From NCBI GenBank assembly GCA_002189035.1, contig NEEC01000010.1:1178001-1242000 (forward strand): 64,000 nt of DNA, given 5' to 3'. Below the pieces are notes generated by a model that had not been told where the DNA came from, did not search any database, and saw only the letters and a list, made by a program, of their open reading frames with translations. The translations under genes and the position numbers were made by a program. This stretch comes from Utricularia gibba (taxonomy: Eukaryota > Plantae > Magnoliophyta). Within the stretch, counting starts at the first letter, position 1, and each line of letters begins with the position of its first letter. This document shows, piece by piece, positions 25,722 to 37,241 of this stretch.

Positions 25722-26737
25722 ATGATGGGAGCAGCTGCTGGTTCCGCCACAAACATGAACGCCACCACCATCGGCTCCGGCCAACAAACCCTACTTCTTG
25801 CCCACGGCTTCGGCGCCGACCAGTCCGTTTGGGACGAAGTGGTCCCATTTCTGGAACGCCGATTCACCCTCGTTTTGTTCGATTGGTGTTTCGCCGGCAC
25901 CGTCCGTGAGCCCTCCCTCTATGACCCCTCAGGTTACGTATCTGGAAACCTGGTTTTGCTTTCAATTCATGCCCATGTGATTTGGGATTCTGTGGCGTAG
26001 GCACTCTTCGTACCAGGGATTCGCGGATGACTTGATCTCACTGGTGGAGGACATGAACCTCAACTCGCCTGTTCTCGTCGGGCACTCGGCTGCCGGAATG
26101 ATTGGGTGTATCGCCGCCGTGAAAAGGCCCGACCTCTTCCGCCGCCTGGTCCTCGTCGGAGCTACTCCCAGGTTCCCCATCCCTGCCTTTCTCTATGCAG
26201 TTTTATTCAAAAAGAACTATCAGGATTTTTCAAAAGCCACATACCAATCATTTCCCCATATGATTCCAATAAGCAAGAACTCGTCCCTGTCTCGTGGTGT
26301 CAAGGTTGGTGAACACGCAAGGATACGAAGGAGGGTTTGAGTTGGGTCAAGTGGAGGACATACTCTCCCGCATGGCAACGGAATTCGAGCACTGGGCGTC
26401 CGACTTCGCGGCGGCGGTAGTCGACGGCCCGGGATCTCCGGCGACCCACAAGTTCACGGCCAGCATCAAGAGGATGAGGCCCCGCGAGGTAGCCTTGCCG
26501 CTTGCCAGAACTGTATTTCTCGGCGACTACCGTGACATCCTGCCTCAGGTGGTCACCCCCTGCCACATTATCAACACTAGGAACGACCCCATCGTCCCCG
26601 CCTCCGTCGTCGAGTACATGCGGAGGAGCATCACGGCGGAGTGCGACGTCACCATCCTGGAGGAGACGGAGGGCCACTTTCCGCAGCTCACTTCGCCGGA
26701 AAATATGGCTCAGATTATCCACACCTGCCTTGAGTAG
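25722..26737 (+). CDS. DLK2: D14/KAI2-family alpha/beta hydrolase, DLK2-like, 3 exons; frame mismatch at intron 1 as assembled
   Basis: MNATTIGSGQQTLLLAHGFGADQSVWD, LVLFDWCFAG, LYDP, GHS nucleophile, RNDPIVP (Asp) and TEGHFPQL (His). The DW-F-G and GHFPQ motifs favour DLK2 over KAI2 or D14. Confidence 0.85.
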
Positions 26738-28280
26738 TCGCCTCCTGCCTCAGTCATGGCTTCCTACTTTGTTATGTTTTCACAAACATACATTATAGGA
26801 TTTATTTGTACAGAAAAACACAGCATACCCTTCTATGTAATAAGGTCATTGACCACTGCACCTAGGCAGAATAATTCTTATTAAACTACGTTTGAAAAAT
26901 TCACATCATGATTGATTTCAGTAAAATTGAAAATTTTTGATACAATGATAATTGATTTATATTTGGAATTGTTTATTTGGAACGATTATTACAAAATCAT
27001 TTCATGTTTATAGTGTATGAAATGAGAATCGATTTTAATAAATAAATTACATATTTATTGATAATTATATTTTATGAGTTTGAAAATTTAAAAATATGTC
27101 TTGTATCATTTGTATTATTACTTTAATTTAGATATATTTATATTAAATTATAATTTAAAAATTAGAGTAACTAAATTGTTTATAATATTATTAATTATAA
27201 TTATTCATAAAAATATACATAATTATAGTTTCAATTTTAAAATCATCTCTTAAAAATAAATTTTCATGAGAAAATATCATCTTATGTTTTTTATAAAACT
27301 GAAACGATTTTTAAAAATTATTTTTTTCAAAAGTAAAAATTAATATACATTTAAAAAACATAAACAATTCTATCAGAATAAAATTGATTCTACGGACTAT
27401 CAAATGTTGATTTAGTATTTCCACAAAAAATGCTTTTTGATAGCATAGTTTAATTGTATATCATTTTGAATTATCTGTATTTAGATAAATTAATACGGTA
27501 TAGCTGAACTTAAAAGTAGGCCCACCAAAAAACTTTTACAAAATGATATTGCATTTAATTGATATATTTATAATAGATGGAAACAAAAAAATAAATCAAA
27601 ATTCATGGAATTAAGTAACTTCAAATAAGATAATAGTTTTTAAATTATTTGGTAGAATTATTTTCTCTTTTAAACATTTTTTTATAGAATAACGAATTAA
27701 TGTGAAAATTAAAGTCTAGATTCTAATTTTATGCATTCATTATTTATAAAATAAAATGTGAAATAAATTACTTTACAAAATAAATAATCATTTTAAATCG
27801 AAGTTTAAAGCACAAAATTGAAATGGAATTTTAAATTAGGTATACGCATTTCAATCAACAAAAGCAATGAACACAACCTGATCCTCGTACTCCCAGCCAA
27901 TGGAAGCTCGACAACCAGCTCCACGAAAACCCGCTCTGGTTTTCTCAAAACCGCCTTCCACTGTGGCCCATTTCCGCCATATCCACGCTACCCACAAAAG
28001 AAACAGCTAGAATGGAAACGAAAGTCTCTCTTTCTCTGTTTGTGTAGAAAAATCTGTGTTCCTGACCGGTTTTCGTTGACGATTTTTGTACAAGAATGCG
28101 AAAAAGCATGTGCTGGGTGGCCATAAATATGCGGGATTTGTGCTGTTTTTTCTAAAATGGGTCAGGTTGAAAAGATATGAGTGGTGGGGAGCAAGATAGA
28201 TAGTGCATGCATATAGAAAGGGAAACAACAGGAGCTTCGATTCTTCAACTTTGTCTCTGAGTTTCAAAATTTGTTTGCAA

Positions 28281-29980
28281 ATGGGGAGAGGGAAGGTGCA
28301 GCTGAAGAGGATCGAGAACAAAATCAATCGCCAAGTTACTTTTTCTAAGCGAAGATCAGGGCTTCTGAAGAAAGCGCATGAAATTTCTGTCCTCTGCGAT
28401 GCGGATGTTGGCTTAATCGTCTTCTCCACAAAGGGAAAACTCTTTGAGTACGCTACTGATTCCTGGTACGTGGATTCCCTCTTGTGGTTGTGTTTTTCTG
28501 AAATCCAGGGATCTTTTTCAAGCAATTTTTCCTTAAGTACACTTCATGGATACTGAATCTCCTCATGCTTTTATGTGTGCAAGCTCTTGATCCAACAGAA
28601 CTTATCTAAAGAACCCCATCTTTTTGATTTTGTTTGCTCAGCATGGAGAGGATCCTCGAGCGGTATGAAAGATCCTCGCGTTCTGAGAAGGAGCTGAAGG
28701 AGTTGGAGTTGGAAACGCCGGTGAGGGAAACTTCGTGTTCATTACACAAACATGAATCTTCTTTTTGTAATAATAGAGATGCGATGTTTTGACAGAGAAG
28801 TTGGAGACTGGAGCTTGCTAAGCTTAATGCTCGAATGGGAGTTCTGCAGAGAAGCCACAGGTTCTTTCTTGCAACTCGCTCCACCATGTCCTCTTCTTAA
28901 AAACATGTGTGGCATTTTGTATGTTTGGAATACAAAACAAGAGTTTTTCAGTTAAAAAAATGCATATCATTAAGAAACTGGCACCCTGTTGGTTCGTATA
29001 TGATCTCTAACCCTTTGAATGTGTACTTTTTGTTACGGTGGTAGTAATATTTGACTGACAGTTCCCACAAAAAGCAAGTTTTATTATGTTCAATCTCATC
29101 CCTGTAATGTGAAATCAATGAAAAACTATTGGAGTTAAATTGTCAAAGAACTGCTTGTCTTCTACTCGCTTGGCCTGCAGGCATTACATGGGAGAAGATC
29201 TTGACAACCTGAACATGAGAGAATTGCAAAGCTTGGAGCATCAGCTTGATGCTTCCTTGAAACATGTCAGGTCACGCAAGGTATAAGCTTCAACTCCTCA
29301 GCGACATGTGTCATGCATCATCTTCCTTAGTCATGTGTATCCTTTTCTGATGCAGGATCAGGCCATGAATGAATCCATCTCCATGCTGCAGAAGAAGGTA
29401 ATGGTTTTTTTACTGAAGCTGAGGTATTTCAGGAGAAGTACTACCTCGAGTTGCCCTTGGGGCGTACTCGGGATTGCAGGCTATGAAGTTTGTAAGCGGA
29501 TAACCATCTTAGAAATGAATGTTTGATGCAGGCCAAGGCGCTGCAGGAGCAAAACAGCATGCTGGAGAAGAAGGTGAGATTGATTGACTTTGGGATTGGA
29601 CAGTGCAAGTACCCTCCTCGTCTATGTATTTTTGTATCTTCAGATCAAGGAGAGGGAAAAGGAAATGGCTCAGTTCATTGCATTGGAGCAACACAGCCAT
29701 GTAACTAGCTTCGGACAACAGCTTTCCAACTCTTTGAATGACAGGTATCATCAGAAAGCATCTCACTGCATTGACACACCTACAGCAAAAAGAGATGCAA
29801 TGCATGACCATAAAACTGAACTTACAACGAACCTTTTCTTTTTCCATGAACTCCTGGAGGAACGGAAATGGCGAAATGTATGCAGTCACAGGAGGGAGTA
29901 GCAGAGATATGGTGGTTCTTGTCCAAGATCCCGGGACTTCCATGATTCCACGATGGATGCCACATCATGAAGATGGGTGA
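28281..29980 (+). CDS. FUL: MIKC MADS-box factor of the AP1/FUL lineage (FUL-like), 8 exons
   Basis: [61 protein letters not shown]; K-box exons of 100/42/42 nt; C-terminal MIPRWMPHH resembles the FUL motif rather than the euAP1 CaaX. Confidence 0.9.
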
Positions 29981-30399
29981 ACTGCACCTCAGCATTCGAG
30001 GCCTAAGGCTACAATGCAGCATTTTCAAGTTATTTGCAGCAGAAAGCCAATTACCGTTACGCTGCCTAGTATGTGTTTGTATGGTACCTGCTTTTAAACA
30101 CGAGATAGAAGAACACAAGGTGTATTTCCATTATCTGATGTACATAAAGGGACTAGCAACGTCTCATGAACCTCTGATTTTCCTATATTTTACCTGAGTT
30201 GTCTTTGGCTTATATGCGAGCATCATTCTTTTCATATATACGAGTCACATAGAAATGCAGAATGTAGATCTCAGCAATTAAATTGAGGAGACTCCTGTCA
30301 TTGCAAAAGCCTAAACTGGCGCCATTCTAAATGAAGGATGAGCGAACAAAGCACCCATCCGTACACAATAATACATAGCATGGAAGACAACAATGACAA

Positions 30400-31829
30400 T
30401 CATAGAGATTCATCTCGCCATATTCCCAATTCAGAATAACCATCTTCGGTAGCACAAGCTCGGAACATACCTGTAGTATTGCATCTCATGGTCACTTGTC
30501 CATTGGAAGAGACAGCGACTAAACCAGTGGTTCCTACTGGTGCAGACTGGTCTACAACATAGGCTACAGCATCCTTAAGTGAAAGCCCCTTGTACTCCAT
30601 CAGTGCAGCCACATCTCTAGCGACTGTAGCACGGATAATTGACTCACCCTTTCCAGTGGCAGAGATAGCGCAGAGACTATTTGCATATGTTCCAGCTCCA
30701 ATAACTGGGGTGTCTCCAATTCTACCCACCATTTTATTAACAAATCCTCCAGTGGAGGTGGCAGTAGCCAGGTTTCCGAAGCTATCCACAGCTACACACC
30801 CTACTGTTCCTATTTGGCTGTCACCCCCGAGGAATGACTCGACACTTGGTTGTGTATGATGAATCTGCAGGAGAAAATGAGTCACTCATTCAGCAAGCTC
30901 AAAGAGTGAATATAGGAATAGTGTTGGGGTGGGGTCGGTGATGGATAATCGAACTGAACCCTGTTTGCTTCTTTTGCTTGCTGTAGTCTCACAATATTTT
31001 CTGGGGTGACAAATTCGCTCGGATCGACCATTTCAACGCCCTTCAAATAAAACAACACAACGTGACCAAAAAAGAAAGGCATTTAGTGATACAAGGAGAG
31101 GTAAGTATTCTAACTTGTTCTTTAGCGAATAGTTCTGCCCCTTCAAATGCAAGATAAACATGAGGAGTTTTCTCCATAACCAGTCTTGCTAAGGTGATGG
31201 CATTTTTAACACTTCTCAGGCCAGAAACAGCTCCACAGTTCTTATTTCCATCCATAATGCAAGCTTCCATCTCTACTGTTCCATTGCTCGTCAAAACAGA
31301 TCCCTTACCAGCATTAAAGTGAGGATTATCTTCCAGTTCACGGACCTTCACAAACGAAAAGCACAATCCCATTGCATAAGTGCAGGTTTGTGGAAGATTA
31401 ATCCCATACAGAAAGCATAATTTAATTGTATTCAGCACTCAGACAAATAAGATAAAAAAGGAAAAACGCTTCAAGACTCGGCAAATCCATTTTAAAGATC
31501 TCAGACGTATTATCGTGAAGCGTATGAAGCCATTCCAGAACAGAAAGTAAAGGAAAGCGCGAAACAATTAACGGGCATGTCCGATTTCAGCTTCCAAGAA
31601 GCCGCGATTGTCATCGAAGTTAACATAATCCACAGAAAGTGGGGAAATGAAAGGCGAAAGTACGAACAACGAGCTCGACGACGTCCAAAGCGCAGCGACC
31701 AGCTTTAAGAGCATCCACGCCGATCCTTAGACATTGACGAAGGGCGTCTTCCCGGGGCTTACGACGCTCCGGTGGTAAAGAACGCGGAATGTCACCGGCC
31801 CCACCGTGTAAGGCAATGGCCCAGCCCAT
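30400..31829 (-). CDS. ASPGA1: Isoaspartyl peptidase/L-asparaginase 1 (Ntn hydrolase, K+-independent type), 4 exons
   Basis: [39 protein letters not shown] (autocleavage Thr), [26 protein letters not shown]. Confidence 0.93.
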
Positions 31830-33590
31830 TTGCCGGTGCCCAAACCCTAACGCCGGAGCACTACCACTATCCCACTCTGCCACCCACTCACACCAGGATT
31901 TGCGAACTCCAAGTACAAAAGAAAATAATTTTAAAACTATTCATTAGTACTTTTTAAAATCATACATAAAAAATTAACTCAACTTTGTAATGAAAAAACA
32001 AGAAAAATCATATAAAATATCACCACTCATCAACTAACATTGTATTTGTAGATTTGTATTTATCATTGATAACACATGTCTTTCAATGTCTTAAAATTAT
32101 TAAAAGAATAATATTATGTTATTAAATTGATATTTTATTAAATATTTTCATATTTTTATATTTAATAACATTCTTTAGGTTTCTCAATCCAGATTGATAC
32201 TTAATCTTGTGTTAGGTATTTTTATGAATTTAGTCAGAATCTTTATTTTAATCACTTTTTTTGAATAATACAATACATTTTTAACAGCTCAAATTCAAAG
32301 GAATTTGAAATGCATAATAAAGATAGTAAGTAATAGAGACAAAAACTAAGAATAAAAGACACCAAATCTCAAGATTGTGAAAATAATATTTTGAAACATG
32401 GTAAGAAGAAGTGAGAAAATATCTGAATATTTCTAACAACAGTCAACACAATTCTGGAAAAGGGATGAAGAAGAAAATCGCAAGAACTAAGAAGATCAGG
32501 GAAGACGAAATCAGAAGCCAAGCAAAACTTTGAACATTTCTTTGTTTATGAAGAATATTAATTCTAGCAAAGAATAATTTTAGTATTTCACATAAACTAT
32601 TTATGATTCCTATTTCTGTTTATATATATTTTTTTATTATTAAACTCTGAAATGAAAATGATGTTTATAGTATGCTATAAATGTTTTATTTTTCATCTAT
32701 ATGAATAGTTAAGTACTAAAAGTTAATTTAGATTATTTATTCTATGATTTAGTGTACATTAGATTTATAAATTTATTTAATATAAGATTTTGTATTTTTA
32801 ACGATATTTGTAAATTTTTCATTTATCAAGTCTTAAATGCTTTATTCTTTCAAATGTATCGTAAAAATTTCAATTTCATAATATCATATTCATTGTCTAT
32901 CCTATTTTTGCAAATGAGAATGCAATTGATTTGATCATATAAGAAAATGAAATTATCTTTGATATTATTTATGAGAATAAAATACACCAATAGTGTGACC
33001 ATATTTCTATCAATGATAGTATCATTAATAACTGAATAAAAATTAAATCAATCTATTTATTCATAACATATATGATATGAGATTACAATCTTATTTATGA
33101 TCATATTCCAACATTAAAATTTTTGACGCTCCACTAATTATGACTATGGTAAATGGACGTTTGTCGATTCATTATTATTATTGATTATTATCAATTAATT
33201 GAATAAATTGAAGTGAATAATCAATCAACCAATTTATTTATCTAATTTCTTTTTTTATATGTTTTAAATATATATATCAAATGTAATAATATTATAAACA
33301 TAAATTTGTAAACATATATTGTAAATATATACATCAAATTATTTTATTAAATATAATTACCCACACATAATTTATAATAATAATAATATAATAAACATGA
33401 TTTTAGTTCCAAAAAAAAATCAGAAAGAAGTTTAATGGCAATCAGAAACAATTCGAAATCCCTTTTGATTTATAGCAACGTTAGTTTCCATGTCAATGCA
33501 TTCAATTTTCCATTTCAAAATTTGGCACTCTTCATTTCAACTCCGACCATCTCTCCGCCACCCGCCGCCGCTGCCGTAAACTGAGAAGGA

Positions 33591-34398
33591 ATGAGCGCAT
33601 CTCCCAAATCCTTCACGTTGAAAATGAAAGACTTGGTTTCATGCCTCTACACTTGCCGTTTTCCTTCTGGTAATTATTCTTTGATCCCCTGTTTCTGATT
33701 CGATCATTCTGATCTTCATTCTTCGTTTTTTTCTTTCTTTCAGAAGAGGAACCCGACATCTTTAAAGGCTCGGTGTCGGAAAGTCCAATTTCCGGAGGCG
33801 AAGGCCGCGAGGTGGCGACGGGGGATTATATTGTATTTTGCTTTCGGGAAGACGGCGCAATGGACGTCATAAATGAAGGCCGCTCATCGGAAGAATACAG
33901 CGACGAGTACGATCCCGGAGAGGCGAAATCGCCGACTGTAGCGGCTGCGTATGGGGATTTCCGTCATCAAGTATGCCGTCGTACACATTCTCGCCGCTGG
34001 GATGAACATCATACTGAAATTCTAACTCCAGTCTTCTCTCTGCGTACACAGGAAAATCGGACTCACTATACGCAATGCAACACCGGCGAGGAGAACCGGC
34101 GAATCCAGTGGCCTTCTGCTGCTGAAATCGAAGAGATGCAGCAGCAAAATGGGGGCAAAACAGAGCCCTTCGGCTCCTGTGACTCCAACATCTCAGACAC
34201 CAGCGTCAGCTCTTTCGCGTTCCCCGTGTGAGTATCTCTTCATCTTCAAAGCTCTTCCTGTGATCATTCCTATACGTGTTCTCAGAGTTGCCGCTTGGAT
34301 GCAGACTGGGCACGGAGTGGATCGGCAGCCCGAACAACATGCCTGGATCGGAAGAGCACGAGGCTGAGACCCAGAAGTTCTCCTTTGAGTCTCAGTAA
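33591..34398 (+). CDS. BASL: BREAKING OF ASYMMETRY IN THE STOMATAL LINEAGE-like polarity protein
   Basis: N-terminal KDLVSCLYTCRFP, central YIVFCFREDG, and SFAFPVLGTEWIGSPNNMP (using the acceptor before 34305). These are the three short conserved BASL blocks as I recall them. Confidence 0.82.
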
Positions 34399-34646
34399 GC
34401 TGCTTCACATCAACCTCTGAGTAGAACTAGCTTATGCTACAGATGAAAAGAATCAGTGAAAGGCAGAAGCTTTTCACTAATGTTCTCTCTAAGCACAGTT
34501 GACAACACAGCAACCTTCACTTTCAAGTACCACATTGCAAACAAAACATGAAAAACTACAGCAATGGTTCTTGCATAATATGACTCTACCTGATAATTAG
34601 CATCAAATATTCATTCCCACCGGATTCCATTGTTTGGTTATGCACA

Positions 34647-36413
34647 TCAGGCTTGGTTTAAAACAATTGACTGCAGATAAAACCTCGCGGCAGCGGCAGC
34701 AGCTAATGACTCTTGGTCTTGATGTTCTTTTGCTATGCTTAGAGCAGCAACATAAGCTTCTCTAGCAGTATCCAACTCCAGCATTGTCATTTCAGAATCC
34801 TGTAACATTGTGAGGCACCTGACCTTCATGAACGAGTATTAGCAGGATTTATCGTTTCAGGAAGATGGCTTACCATTTTATTCTCCTCGTCAGGAAAACA
34901 AGGGACGTCATAGCAATCATCATCAGAAACTACTGCACTCCTCGTCAAGCCCTTGATGAGTGTTGTGATACCTGAAAACTCTCCTTGTAACCTGTCCAGA
35001 TCTTCTTGGAGCTTACTTTCTTTTTGGTTGGATTCCAACACCATCCATTGCAATTTTTCGGCAGCAGCTTGTTTGTCAGCAAGTTTGATCTTCAAGAATG
35101 ACCATGGTGAACAATAGAAATTTGCAAAAGTCCCAGAGAAAGAAAATGAACATGACATTAAGAGTACTTGAAAAGATGCATAATAACGGTATTCCCATTG
35201 CGGTTTCAGGCAGGAAAATCACGAACAGTCATATCAAAACAGCATGCAAATCTAAAGAATAACAAACCTTAGCATCAGAGAGCTGTGATTGAGTAGACTT
35301 GATCATTTCATCCTTTTGTGCAGCCTCATTATTAAGTTCCTGAAGTTTCACATGAAGGGTAGCCATCTCTTTCTGTGAAATATCCGCCAACCGAAGCAGT
35401 TCATCTTTTTCTGATAACTGTTTTTTCAGATCTTCAACCTCACCCCGCAACGCCATCAGCTCTTCCCGTTCCTTCTCGTCATGGAATGCCTTAGAGGTGA
35501 ATATCGAGAAGTTCTCAGAAGATGTATTTTGATCAGTTCCAGAATCCCGATTATCTTTGTCTCCTAGGCCCCTGTTCTTTTTTGCAGGGAGTGTCGCACT
35601 CCGACCAGCCTGCAGCAACATCAAACTACTATAACACAGAAGATGAATATGTTACCTTCATTCAAGCCATCAAATAGTTATGATTGGGAAATCAAACTTC
35701 CATATCTTCATACGATTGATTATTTGACTTGAATCTACCGCTCAAAAACAACTCTTCGTCTGAATAAGCTTCAAGTTCATTCACCTAATCTCAACGAATT
35801 CAGGAAAGAACTAAGCTACCGAGTGGAGCTCTAAATAAGCTTCGGCATCATTTAAGAGATAAATTATCACCCATCAAATGGTTTACAGTTCTGAAGGTTT
35901 ACTCCTGTTCTATGCAATGCAGCTTCCTCATTCAACAAAAGCACCATTTCCGAGTAAAATTTGAGAACAGTAAAACCAGTGAAGAAGTGTACAGATACCT
36001 TTTTGTGAATGGACTCTCTGGAAGGTGTCTTTGTATACATCATGGATGCCCGCTTAGTGAACGACGTATTCGCCTTCCGATCCTGAGAGCGATTTAGAAG
36101 GCGGCAAGCAAATGAGAACGCGGTACACAATATACTCACAAAGCACGAAACAGCAATAAAAAATGTGAATAGAATTGAGGTTGATACATACAATGAGTGA
36201 CTGAACGAGAGGGAGAATCTCGACAAGGTTGTTAAAGAGGGTACGGTCGACATTTCCGGTGGCGGAGGCAGTGGCGGCGTCGGCGGTGAGTGATGAAATG
36301 GTGTCTCTGAGGTCGTCGTTAGACAACCAAGAGCTGGGGTCGGAGCCAAAACCATGACCTTCTTGCAAATCCAGCAAGTACTGCTGCTGGGCACCGTAGA
36401 TTCTTCCGGTCAT
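34647..36413 (-). CDS. MBP2C: MICROTUBULE BINDING PROTEIN 2C (movement-protein binding protein) coiled-coil protein
   Basis: QQQYLLDLQEGHGFGSDPSSWLS, LFNNLVEILPLVQSLI, SFTKRASMMYTKTPSRES, QLSDAKIKLADKQAAAEKLQW, AREAYVAAL...ARFYLQS. Confidence 0.88.
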
Positions 36414-36777
36414 CACGGATTCTTCAAGGTGATGACGGAGATCGACCAGTTTGGCAGGTAATTTACCGGCGTGCTCTTTCAAATTCTGTGGAGCCGTTGA
36501 TTGTCGAGTGTCGCAGGGTTTCTCTTCTTTGTTCTTTTGTCTTTTCGAATTTATGATTATTAAATTTCTGTTTTTTCGTTTCTCTCTCTCTCTCTCTCTC
36601 TCTTCGAGAATGACAATTACTAATATCGTATATTATTATTCAAATTATTATTGCAAAAATTATATGTTTTTTAATCACTATATATAATAAAAATATGAAA
36701 AAATGAGATAAATGACGTAAAATTGTAGAAAAAATGAAAAGAATAAGAATATAATGAATATAAAAATGTAAAAGATC

Positions 36778-37058
36778 ATTTGATTGTTAGTTATTAATAT
36801 GTTTAAGTATAACATAATTGAATATCTATATAATCAATTATATATAAAATTTAATATTTAACAATAAAAATTTGAATATATAAATAACATAAATATAACT
36901 AAACTTTTTTTATTTCATTTGTGTATACTAATTGTATGATTCAAAAAATAAGTATGTGAATGATATAGTTATGTAAATTATGTATATATATTCTAATTAA
37001 TCAGATAATAGTCTATATGTAAATTTGAATAAAAATGTTATATAATGTACAATCAAAT
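36778..37058. mobile_element. Possible degenerate AT-rich MITE in the MBP2C/CTF4 divergent promoter
   Basis: Perfect 10-bp inverted repeat ATTTGATTGT/ACAATCAAAT around about 260 bp of very AT-rich DNA. Could be chance. Confidence 0.25.
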
Positions 37059-37131
37059 AAAATTTAATCTATATATATATATATATATATTTATTTATTT
37101 AAAAAATAAGTATTTTTTTTTTCTAGTAAAA

Positions 37132-37150
37132 CCCGCCAAGAGTTCCCGCC
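37132..37150. promoter_or_regulatory. Tandem E2F-like sites (CCCGCCAA and TTCCCGCC)
   Basis: Two near-consensus E2F cores about 90-110 bp upstream of the CTF4 ATG. Confidence 0.6.
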
Positions 37151-37241
37151 GAAACTCCTGTGAGGGAAAATCTCTACGCCGCTTGCCTCCATTTTCGTGT
37201 GAGGAGAAGAAAGGTGTCTTCACCCTAAAAGAGAAAGCGCA

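Noticed and set aside
34274-34285. GTGTTCTCAG resembling part of miR398
   Set aside because: Only a 10-nt match, inside a BASL intron, with no hairpin partner.
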